Shown here piece by piece: positions 26,650 to 33,665 of a DNA stretch of 49,320 nucleotides (position 1 is its first letter; every line of letters begins with the position of its first letter). Made by a program: the position numbers and the translations under genes. The stretch lies in the IMG/VR virus record IMGVR_UViG_3300021066_000003, one strand, 5' to 3'. Under the pieces are notes generated by a model, which was not told where the DNA came from, ran no database searches, and saw only the letters and a program-made list of their open reading frames with translations. Source of the stretch: a virus.

Positions 26650-26972
26650 CGGAGCACCGGAATGTGGAGGTGTTGGGATGCGGTGCTGGAGGTATTGGCC
26701 TTGGTGGTTGACGGTGTTGGTAAGGAGAAGAGAGAGAGGCGGGAGGAGGCAACGTCCGGGTTTGGCGGAATGATCCGCGGCGCCTGGCGTGCTTTCCTGA
26801 GCGGCGCGTCTATGTAGATCGCCTGCCCGAGCGCGTTGTGCACCTCGCGGCCGTCGTCGGTCCAGCGGCCGTATCGAGTCCAGCGAACGATGCGTGAAGG
26901 CGCCGGGTTTCGCGGCGTGATTTGCTGCTGCCGGCCTTCTTGCTGGGCCTGGTCCAAGCTGCGCGCCTTCAT
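26646..26972 (-). CDS. First gene of the leftward operon, hypothetical (108 aa)
   Basis: ATG at 26972 lies 2 nt from an operator half-site. Sequence is MKARSLDQAQQEGRQQQITPRNPAPSRIVRWTRYGRWTDDGREVHNALGQAIYIDAPL... Confidence 0.5.
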   Translation of the reverse strand: MKARSLDQAQQEGRQQQITPRNPAPSRIVRWTRYGRWTDDGREVHNALGQAIYIDAPLRKARQAPRIIPPNPDVASSRLSLFSLPTPSTTKANTSSTASQHLHIPVLR

Positions 26973-26974
26973 TG

Positions 26975-27098
26975 AAGTATGCTGCAGCGAACCTACTACA
27001 ACCCATAGCGAAGTCAACTACGGCGCACCCCTAACGGCCCGGGTTGCGGGATACGACTAAAGCATACTTGACACGGGCTACATTCCTGAAGTATGCTT
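26975..27098. promoter_or_regulatory. Divergent control region: operator motifs AAGTATGCTg (26975-84), AAGCATACTT (27060-69) and AAGTATGCTT (27089-98), with an embedded sigma70-like promoter TTGACA(27068-73)-18 nt-TATGCT(27092-97)
   Basis: A 10-bp inverted repeat pair brackets the -35/-10 hexamers. The region is AT-rich in a GC-rich genome. The same motif recurs at 34408-34441 and 35254-35317. Confidence 0.55.
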
Positions 27099-27145
27099 AT
27101 GTCGCGCTACTTGCAATGGCGCCTAACCTGATAGGAGGAAAACGC

Positions 27146-27265
27146 ATGGCAAAGGCAAACGATTTAACTGTCTACGCAATGGCCGGGTTTCAAGGCGATC
27201 GGAACCCGCACCTTTTTCTTCGCCAGCCTGGTACGCGCATGAGCTCGGGGCGCACCTTGCAATGA
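27146..27265 (+). CDS. Leader mini-ORF (39 aa)
   Basis: AGGAGG lies 7 nt upstream of the ATG, within the block AACCTGATAGGAGG (27125-38). Sequence is MAKANDLTVYAMAGFQGDRNPHLFLRQPGTRMSSGRTLQ. Confidence 0.45.
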   Translation: MAKANDLTVYAMAGFQGDRNPHLFLRQPGTRMSSGRTLQ

Positions 27266-27403
27266 CTGGCCGCACTGCGCCTAGCGACGTTCGCATGTCG
27301 CGCGGCTATACCGTCCGAGTGCGTGATCTCGTTTTTAAGCATGTCGGCGCCGGCAATGCCGGAGTGCAGGTATTCGAGCGAATCGCCTAACAGGACGCAG
27401 CGC

Positions 27404-27428
27404 AAAAGGCCGGGTTTCTTGGCCTTTT
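27404..27428 (+). terminator. Hairpin AAAAGGCC-gggtttctt-GGCCTTTT, candidate (bidirectional) intrinsic terminator or attenuator
   Basis: A perfect 8-bp stem ending in TTTT on the plus strand. It lies between the leader ORF and the next RBS block. Confidence 0.4.
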
Positions 27429-27485
27429 CCAGTGCGCCCCGCACTACCCGGCTTGCACCGGGCAACCTGATAGGAGGTAACAGCA

Positions 27486-28004
27486 ATGTCCGCTTTCGTT
27501 TGTAGTCAGGATCACATCAAGGCGCTTGCAATCTTCGCGGCGCATCGCACTCCCGGTCATGGGCCGAACGTCGACCCTCGTTACTTCAAGTACGACGGCG
27601 GCGACGAAAGGATGTGCGGCAGGCCGGACGAAGAGCTCGCGACGTATTACGCGAATATCCTTTACTGCGAGAACATTCGCAGCGTTCAGCATCGCTACCC
27701 GCAGGACAAGACTCTCGACGATCTACCCGGGGAGATTAACAAACCGGATTTCCTGACGGTAACGGCAAGTGAGTTCTGGGACCAGTTCACAGACATTCGT
27801 TTCGCCGTGCCTCCCCTGCACATTCTGAGTATGTGCTCATGCCTGGAATACCAGTCCTGCGAAACGAACGACTGGCAAAAGACGCTTGCCTATCGACTAA
27901 TCCAGCGCATTAAGGACGCGGCGATTCGAGCCCTGCCGGGTTACGAGAATGCACCCTGGGAGTACACGAAGCCCGAAGTTCAGAAGCGTAGGAGGGCCGC
28001 ATGA
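27486..28004 (+). CDS. Hypothetical early protein (172 aa)
   Basis: The ATG follows the second copy of AACCTGATAGGAGG (27464-77). The sequence is non-repetitive and W/Y/C-containing (...LEYQSCETNDWQKTLAYRL...LPGYENAPWEY...). No family recognised. Confidence 0.7.
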   Translation: MSAFVCSQDHIKALAIFAAHRTPGHGPNVDPRYFKYDGGDERMCGRPDEELATYYANILYCENIRSVQHRYPQDKTLDDLPGEINKPDFLTVTASEFWDQFTDIRFAVPPLHILSMCSCLEYQSCETNDWQKTLAYRLIQRIKDAAIRALPGYENAPWEYTKPEVQKRRRAA

Positions 28005-28189
28005 CCCTCTACCGCGCCGTATACCAGCCGCACGACGGCACACCCCGGGTTCGCGGCATGACATTCGCCGCCCAGGATGCACAAAGGGCCGCAGAGATCG
28101 CGGAGGACTGGCAGCTACCTGGAGACACGCTGCTTACCGTCCGGGCTTTGCGCAAGCTAACCGAGCAATTCGCATTGGAGGCAGTATGA
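28001..28189 (+). CDS. Hypothetical protein (62 aa)
   Basis: ATGA overlap with the upstream gene. Track ORF. Confidence 0.55.
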   Translation: MTLYRAVYQPHDGTPRVRGMTFAAQDAQRAAEIAEDWQLPGDTLLTVRALRKLTEQFALEAV

Positions 28190-28413
28190 ACACACGCATC
28201 TATATCGCGGTCAGTGGCGGTGTCGTTCAAGGCGTGCGCGCCACTAAGCAGCCGCACCGCTCAGACGGTTACGACTGCCGGGTCGTCGACTACGACAACA
28301 ACTGCGAAGTCAACGACGACGGCGAGACATTGACGGATGAGGAATTCGAACGGCAGGAGCTAGACGGCAAGACCTGGGCCGAGATCGAAAAAGAAACGGT
28401 CGGGGTTTTCTGA
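28186..28413 (+). CDS. Hypothetical acidic protein (75 aa)
   Basis: ATGA overlap at 28186. Sequence is MNTRIYIAVSGGVVQGVRATKQPH...DDGETLTDEEFERQELDGKTWAEIEKE. Confidence 0.6.
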   Translation: MNTRIYIAVSGGVVQGVRATKQPHRSDGYDCRVVDYDNNCEVNDDGETLTDEEFERQELDGKTWAEIEKETVGVF

Positions 28414-28563
28414 ATGCGCTACCTAATCGCACCATCCAATGCCGGGCGCTGGCTTGTCCTGGATACGCTCAGGAATTGCGAGGTAGTCGCGGCCGGGTTG
28501 TCAGAATCGGCCGCTCGCGCCTGGGCTTCGCGTCTCAACCTGCGTCACGCCTGGGGAGGCTGA
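28414..28563 (+). CDS. Hypothetical mini-protein (49 aa), not in the ORF track
   Basis: The ATG directly follows the upstream TGA (TGAATG). Sequence is MRYLIAPSNAGRWLVLDTLRNCEVVAAGLSESAARAWASRLNLRHAWGG. Confidence 0.45.
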   Translation: MRYLIAPSNAGRWLVLDTLRNCEVVAAGLSESAARAWASRLNLRHAWGG

Positions 28564-28565
28564 CC

Positions 28566-29042
28566 ATGTGCACATGCGCAAGCTGCAGTTACACGGACGA
28601 CTTCAAAGACAAAGGCTTCGCTGCGTGGCCGCGTGGCAATCCTACAGGCCGCAAGGCACGCGCCGAGTATGCCGGCCATGTGAGGTACGGGCAGCAATGG
28701 GGCAAGGACCGCGTACCGGAATTCCCTGGCGGTGTTCCGACCGGCCCATTGCGCTACGTGGCGCCACGCCAGCGCGATCCGGGCTTGGATAGGACATACC
28801 CGCAACACCCGGACGGGCGGCAGGGATGGACGAGCACGGCGGCCTACGTCGAAGCCTTCATCGCGCAAAACAACTACTTGACGCTAGAGAAATTGGAGAA
28901 GCGCGACGATTACCGAGCTATGGTGAAGCTGGCCGAGCAGGCTGCCCGCAAACGGGAGAAGGAACTGGACCGGATACGAAAACCTCAACGCCCTGTCTCG
29001 CGCCTGATGCAACTGGCCCGCGAGCTACGCAAGGCCGCGTAA
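28566..29042 (+). CDS. Hypothetical protein with N-terminal CxCxxC and a basic helical C-terminus (158 aa)
   Basis: SD GGGGAGG upstream of ATG 28566. Sequence is MCTCASCSYTDDFKDKGF... Confidence 0.6.
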   Translation: MCTCASCSYTDDFKDKGFAAWPRGNPTGRKARAEYAGHVRYGQQWGKDRVPEFPGGVPTGPLRYVAPRQRDPGLDRTYPQHPDGRQGWTSTAAYVEAFIAQNNYLTLEKLEKRDDYRAMVKLAEQAARKREKELDRIRKPQRPVSRLMQLARELRKAA

Positions 29043-29062
29043 CATACGCTCAGGAGGGAATC

Positions 29063-29317
29063 ATGGACCTAGTGCAATCGTACCTGCGCGGCAAGAAAAT
29101 CGCGCAGGCTGACCTGGAGCGGGCTATCGACTACCTGCTCTTGGCCCTGCCAGCGCTGCAGGATCACGCTCTGGACGCCGCAAAGACGCATCCAAACGAT
29201 CCTACGCCGGCCATGTTTGCTAAAGAGGTCGAAGACTTCTTTGTAGAGCTCGGCATTCCACGCGAGCAGGTTGACAACGGATTTATCAAGTACCTGCGCG
29301 CCTTAACGCCCCCGTAG
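29063..29317 (+). CDS. Hypothetical protein (84 aa)
   Basis: SD CAGGAGGG lies 5 nt upstream of ATG 29063. It is the last gene of the rightward orphan operon. Confidence 0.6.
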   Translation: MDLVQSYLRGKKIAQADLERAIDYLLLALPALQDHALDAAKTHPNDPTPAMFAKEVEDFFVELGIPREQVDNGFIKYLRALTPP

Positions 29318-29319
29318 TC

Positions 29320-29769
29320 CTATCGCTGCGGGGGAAGTCCTGCCGGGTTTGCAAGGCCCGGCAGGGCGCCTACCTGCCCTAGCAGCGCCTTCAGCCACTC
29401 CAAGCCGCGGCCCGAGCGTATCGAGTGCCCATCTAGCTCAAGCACGCGCCAGCCTGCGAGCATTGCCAGTGCGCGCTTCTCAATGTCCCGCCTGAATTTC
29501 CCCTTGATGCGGTGCGCTTGGCCCTGAATTTCCACGCCTACGCGCAGCGCCGGCCACGCATAGTCGAGCTCCAGGTCGCGATCCGGGAGGAAGAAATAAT
29601 TGCGCTGGGCTGCCGGGATCTCGGGATGCTCCGCAAGCTGCTGCGAGAAGCGCCGCTCGATTTTGCTTTCCCCCGATTTGCCAATTTGCTTCGGCACTTC
29701 GGAAACCCGTTCCTGGGGCTTGCGCCTTTTCGCCATCAGTTCGGCGTACTCGGCTTCCGTGAGCCTCAT
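29320..29769 (-). CDS. DUF559/Vsr-like endonuclease-domain protein (149 aa)
   Basis: ...FFLPDRDLELDYAWPALRVGVEIQGQAH...RRDIEKRALAMLAGWRVLEL... matches the layout of very-short-patch-repair-like (PD-(D/E)XK) domains. Confidence 0.55.
   Translation of the reverse strand: MRLTEAEYAELMAKRRKPQERVSEVPKQIGKSGESKIERRFSQQLAEHPEIPAAQRNYFFLPDRDLELDYAWPALRVGVEIQGQAHRIKGKFRRDIEKRALAMLAGWRVLELDGHSIRSGRGLEWLKALLGQVGALPGLANPAGLPPQR
29339..29365. terminator. GC-rich hairpin CCTGCCGGG-tttgcaagg-CCCGGCAGG at the convergence point of two operons
   Basis: A perfect 9-bp stem located 22 nt after the plus-strand stop (29317), inside the last codons of the minus-strand gene. It has no clear U-tract. Confidence 0.35.
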
Positions 29770-30062
29770 CGCACAACCCCACGCTCGAACCACAGCGCCA
29801 CCGTGCGAACGAAGGCGCGAAGCCAGAGCTCGCGCTTCTCTTCCTGGCTCAAGCCACCATTGCGGCCGTCAATGAGGTCGTGGCACCTCTGGCATACGTA
29901 GGCCACAAAGTAGTCCGGCGCCTTGTGGTAAGCCCCGCGGCCGTGCTCCAGCGCATTCGAGTGCGCCGCTACCGTGGTGCCCTCGGAACGGCACAGCACG
30001 CATGGCTCGCCGTTCGCCGCCTTGAGCAGCTTAGGACTGCGGAACGTCCCTCTTGCTCGCAT
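29766..30062 (-). CDS. DUF1364 / YbcO-like putative nuclease (98 aa)
   Basis: ...GEPCVLCRSEGTTVAAHSN...GAYHKAPDYFVAYVCQRCHDLIDGR... follows the Cys/His pattern of E. coli Rac-prophage YbcO. Confidence 0.6.
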   Translation of the reverse strand: MRARGTFRSPKLLKAANGEPCVLCRSEGTTVAAHSNALEHGRGAYHKAPDYFVAYVCQRCHDLIDGRNGGLSQEEKRELWLRAFVRTVALWFERGVVR

Positions 30063-30534
30063 CGTAGTCGCCCAGCAACTCCCTGAAGAGCGCCGCCGCA
30101 TCCGGGTTTGTATCGAGGTGCGCCCTGCTCTCCACGCCGCACAGGTCGCGTATCAACTGCGCCGCTGCTGCGTCATCCCGGCATGGATCCCCGTAGGTCA
30201 CTTCGCACCATGCCCGGAAGTTCGCGTCGTGGCACAGGGCGCCGGCCTGCTGCGATAGCTTCATCGGTCGTTTCTGTTCTTCAGCTTGCATAGGGGTCTC
30301 GTCGTCGTCGATTTCGATCAGCATGAGGTGATAGCGCTGGCCCCACTTGTGCGTCCGACCTGCGCGATTCTTACCGCGAAAAATCTCAAGGTGCGTTTCG
30401 TCCGGTAAGCGGAACTTCACCCACGCACCGCTGTTAGGGTTGTCCTGCCAGTCGGCTAGGCTCACCTCGCATATCTCCGTGAGGTACGGTCGAAGCTGCG
30501 CTATTAGCTCCAGCACTTCTTCAGGCGGAAGCAC
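30031..30534 (-). CDS. Hypothetical protein (167 aa)
   Basis: Track ORF with protein-like sequence (MLPPEEVLELIAQLRPYLTEICEVSLADWQDNPNSGAWVKF...). Confidence 0.6.
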   Translation of the reverse strand: MLPPEEVLELIAQLRPYLTEICEVSLADWQDNPNSGAWVKFRLPDETHLEIFRGKNRAGRTHKWGQRYHLMLIEIDDDETPMQAEEQKRPMKLSQQAGALCHDANFRAWCEVTYGDPCRDDAAAAQLIRDLCGVESRAHLDTNPDAAALFRELLGDYDASKRDVPQS

Positions 30535-31459
30535 GTAGGCTCCTCACCGCTGCCGGCCCCTGGTGCAGTAGCTCCGGGTTTGGCGCCGAGTACACGCGGT
30601 CGAGAATTGCGGTCGTCTTGTGGCCGGTCACGAGCCGCACCTCGGCAGGGCTGTAGCCGGCTTCCAGCAGCCGCGTTGCCCCTTCCCTGCGCAGGTCGTG
30701 GAAGCGCAGGTTTTCGATGTTGAGCTTGTGCTTTGCCTGCGTGAACCTGGCGCTCGCCGTCTTCGCGTTGTAGGGGAAGACGAACTCGGAGGTCATCTCC
30801 TGCGCCATCATCAGCGCCCACGCATCGCCCAGAGCCGGGAAGAAGATGTCGTTGCCCTTCTTCATCTTCGGGTCCTTGACGTCGCGGACCCAATACATCT
30901 TCTTGTCGTAGTCCAGGTCTTCCCACTTGATGCGCGTGATCTCAGACTGCCTGCGGCACGACGCGATGGCGAACTTGACCATCACCACCATGTCGCAGTC
31001 CGTCCTGGGATGCTCGTTCTGCTCGGCGAAGTAGGCGAGCAGCCTGTCGATCTCTACCTCAGTGGGGCGCCGGGTTCTCGGGCGCGACTTGCCGATGAGG
31101 TTGAGCTTCTCCAGCCACAGCTTCGCCTCCTCCAACTCCGCTTCCCAGCGGTCGCTGCCCTCGGACTTCCACAGACGCGTGTTCTCCAAGGCGCAGTGCA
31201 GGAACGTGAAGTCCTGCATGAACGTCTGCGGCTTGATGCCGTCGACTTCCTTGCGATGCTTGGCGTATTCGACGATGTCGTTCGCCTGCAGGTTCGGGAG
31301 CCAGATTTGCCCGAACTTCGACTCGGCCATTGAGCGCAGGGTGTAGAACTGGCTGTGGCCCATGATGCGGCTCATGTTCACTTCCCGGATGTGCCGGTAG
31401 ATGATGTCCTTGAGCGTGTTGCTTTCGCTGCGTTGCTGCAGTACCGATACGTTCCTCAT
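30521..31459 (-). CDS. Tyrosine recombinase no. 2, embedded in the replication operon (312 aa)
   Basis: Catalytic signature: SCRRQSEITRIKWEDLD (Arg), RFHDLRREGATRLLEAG (H-x-x-R), VTGHKTTAILDRVY (His...Tyr). It also has an N-terminal SAM-like domain. Confidence 0.75.
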   Translation of the reverse strand: MRNVSVLQQRSESNTLKDIIYRHIREVNMSRIMGHSQFYTLRSMAESKFGQIWLPNLQANDIVEYAKHRKEVDGIKPQTFMQDFTFLHCALENTRLWKSEGSDRWEAELEEAKLWLEKLNLIGKSRPRTRRPTEVEIDRLLAYFAEQNEHPRTDCDMVVMVKFAIASCRRQSEITRIKWEDLDYDKKMYWVRDVKDPKMKKGNDIFFPALGDAWALMMAQEMTSEFVFPYNAKTASARFTQAKHKLNIENLRFHDLRREGATRLLEAGYSPAEVRLVTGHKTTAILDRVYSAPNPELLHQGPAAVRSLRASA

Positions 31460-32895
31460 TCGTCGTTCTCCTCAGTGGATCGCCCGGTCGCGTCCTTCTC
31501 CATCCGGGCGACGAAACCCTTCTTCGACTTGCGCTCCTTTTTCGGCGGTCTCCAGTCGGTGTCCTCAAACCGGGTTTCTTCCTTCACAAACCGAAGGTGC
31601 ACCGTGCCGGTGGCGCCGTTGCGCTGCTTGCCGACAATCGCTTCGGCATAGCCGGCAGCCGATGAGTTCTCGTGGTAGTAGTCGTCGCGGTACATCATCA
31701 CGACGAGGTCCGCGTCCTGCTCGATGGAGCCAGAGTCCTTAAGGTCGGACATCATCGGCCGCTTGTTCATGCGCTGCTCTACCCCGCGGTTAAGCTGGGA
31801 TAGCGCCACGACCGGAATGCGCAATTCCTTGGCGAGCGCCTTGAGTCCGCGTGAGATGTCCCCGATCTCCTGCGTGCGCTCGCTCTGCGTCTTCGCCTGG
31901 GATGCCATCAACTGCAGGTAGTCGATGACGATGAGCGCCATGCCTGGGTTTTCGCGCGCAAGCCGCCTCGCCCTCGCACGCAATTCGATGATCGACAGCG
32001 ACGTCGACTCTTCGACAAGGAAGGGCGCCTGGTGCAGCTTCTCCATCGCCTCGCCGAGCTTGCTCCAGTCGGGGTCCGTAAGCTGCCCGGTGCGCAGCTT
32101 GTGCTGGTCGACGCGCCCCACGGACCCGAGCAGGCGTTGCGCAAGCTGCTCGTCGGACATTTCTATCGAGAAGATGGCGACCGGGCGCTTGGCGTAGATC
32201 GCCACATGCTCGGCAATGTTCATGGCGATTGCCGTTTTCCCCATCGAAGGCCTGCCGGCGATGACCACGAGGTCCCCGTCCTGCAGTCCGGCAGTCATTT
32301 CGTCGAGCTTCGTGAAGCCAGTGGCGATGCCGGTGATCGTCCGATTGTCGGAGTGATAGCGGTGGTCGATCTGCTCGAATACCTTCGCAAGCACCTGCTT
32401 GAACTGCCGCGGCTCCCGAACGATGCGCCTCTGCCTGAGCTCGAACAGTTTGCGCTCGGCCTCCTCCAGCAATTCGTCGATCGACTGCACCCCGGGTTGC
32501 AGAGCACGTTCGACGATTTCGCTGCCCACGCGCACGAGGTTGCGCTGGATCGCCTTCTCTCTGACGAGCGCTGCATAGCGCCGCACGTTCAAGGCGCTGG
32601 GAGTGTTTTGAGCAATGGAGCCCAAGTACGCCGGCCCGCCAGAGCGTTCTAGGACTCCGGCCTCCTGCATGGATTGCGCTACGGTCACGACGTCGGCTGG
32701 CTGGTCCGCGGCGAGCACGAGCTCGATGTGCTCGTAGATCACCCGATGGTTGCCCTTGTAGAAGTCCCGGGACGTCACGACGTCTGCGACTCTCTCCCAA
32801 GCTTGGTTGTCGAGCAGCAGCGCCCCGAGGAGCGACTGCTCGGCCTCCATCGAATGCGGCGGTTCCCTCAGGATGACGTCGTCGCGGGCGGTCAC
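31456..32895 (-). CDS. dnaB: Replicative DNA helicase DnaB (479 aa)
   Basis: PPHSMEAEQSLLGALLLDN at the N-terminus, Walker A GRPSMGKTAIAMNIA, and SQLNRGVEQR, all classic DnaB motifs. Confidence 0.9.
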   Translation of the reverse strand: MTARDDVILREPPHSMEAEQSLLGALLLDNQAWERVADVVTSRDFYKGNHRVIYEHIELVLAADQPADVVTVAQSMQEAGVLERSGGPAYLGSIAQNTPSALNVRRYAALVREKAIQRNLVRVGSEIVERALQPGVQSIDELLEEAERKLFELRQRRIVREPRQFKQVLAKVFEQIDHRYHSDNRTITGIATGFTKLDEMTAGLQDGDLVVIAGRPSMGKTAIAMNIAEHVAIYAKRPVAIFSIEMSDEQLAQRLLGSVGRVDQHKLRTGQLTDPDWSKLGEAMEKLHQAPFLVEESTSLSIIELRARARRLARENPGMALIVIDYLQLMASQAKTQSERTQEIGDISRGLKALAKELRIPVVALSQLNRGVEQRMNKRPMMSDLKDSGSIEQDADLVVMMYRDDYYHENSSAAGYAEAIVGKQRNGATGTVHLRFVKEETRFEDTDWRPPKKERKSKKGFVARMEKDATGRSTEENDE

Positions 32896-33641
32896 TCGTC
32901 GTACTTACCCTCGACGATTTTGATGAAGTTCCCCTTCTCGACTATCCAGTCGAGGGAGATTTCGAATGGCTTGTCGCCTGGGCGTCGCGGAGGCACTTGG
33001 CCGGTCAGGAACGGGGACTGCGCGATGTGATGAAAGAACTTTCCCCACCAGAGCGTGCTTTGCCGCTCTTTATCCTCCCGCCACCTTGCCTGCAGGTTCT
33101 TCTCTCGGGCGCTGCCCTTCCACAAGTTCTTCCGAACCTGTCGGCCCATCGGCAGGATCTCGTGGTACAGGTCGATGATCTCCTCGTGGGGACACGGGGG
33201 CGACAAAGCCGAAGGCTTTTCGCTAGAAGTATCTTCCTTGATCCCTTCCCTTCCTTGATCCCTTCCCTTCCCTTCCGGCGGGGGGATTCCGGGTAATTCG
33301 GGGGACTTCGGCGTGCCGTTGATGTATGGCGGGTGCTTTGAAGGCGTGCGCTTGTCGACCTTCTGGTGCTTGCCGAAGTTGAGTATCTGCAAATACTCAA
33401 TCCCATCAACCTCATACACCTTCACCATGTCCTTCCCCCGAATTTCCCCGAGTAACTCCGAAATGTCGGCGGAATCGGATGGAAGTATCTGGAGCTTGAT
33501 GCGAACTGGGGAATAGACCATCCGCCCTTCGTCGTCGGCGAAGTTCCACAGGCCCATGAAAAGCAGCCTGGCAAGCGGCGAGATGGAGACGACCTTCTCG
33601 TCGGTCCAGAACTCGGGCTTCAGCGATCGAATGCGAGCCAC
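32892..33641 (-). CDS. Replication initiator / helicase-loader candidate (249 aa)
   Basis: A conserved prophage-type N-terminus (MARIRSLKPEFWTDEKVVSISPLARLLFMGLWNFADDEGR). It lies directly upstream of, and overlaps, dnaB. The central low-complexity linker is encoded by tandem DNA repeats. Confidence 0.5.
   Translation of the reverse strand: MARIRSLKPEFWTDEKVVSISPLARLLFMGLWNFADDEGRMVYSPVRIKLQILPSDSADISELLGEIRGKDMVKVYEVDGIEYLQILNFGKHQKVDKRTPSKHPPYINGTPKSPELPGIPPPEGKGRDQGREGIKEDTSSEKPSALSPPCPHEEIIDLYHEILPMGRQVRKNLWKGSAREKNLQARWREDKERQSTLWWGKFFHHIAQSPFLTGQVPPRRPGDKPFEISLDWIVEKGNFIKIVEGKYDE
33233..33266. repeat. Perfect tandem duplication of a 17-bp unit CTTCCTTGATCCCTTCC, followed by CTTCC CTTCC; candidate iteron/origin inside the initiator gene
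   Basis: 33233-33249 is identical to 33250-33266, and CTTCC pentamers continue to about 33276. Confidence 0.6.
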
Positions 33642-33665
33642 TACCCCTTCCCCCTTTGCTATCGG

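Noticed and set aside
27190-27486. 98-aa minus-strand ORF spanning the leader region
   Set aside because: It would read through the AAAAGGCC/GGCCTTTT hairpin and the duplicated RBS block. It has no RBS of its own and an unconvincing composition. The region is better explained as a regulatory leader.
31790-32800. 336-aa alternate-frame ORF within dnaB
   Set aside because: The DnaB frame carries all the canonical helicase motifs. The alternate frame is an Arg/Ala/Gly-rich shadow.
33233-33280. CRISPR-like or minisatellite array
   Set aside because: There are only two 17-bp units with no spacers, they lie inside a coding region, and no cas genes are present. An iteron or linker-coding repeat is the more sensible reading.
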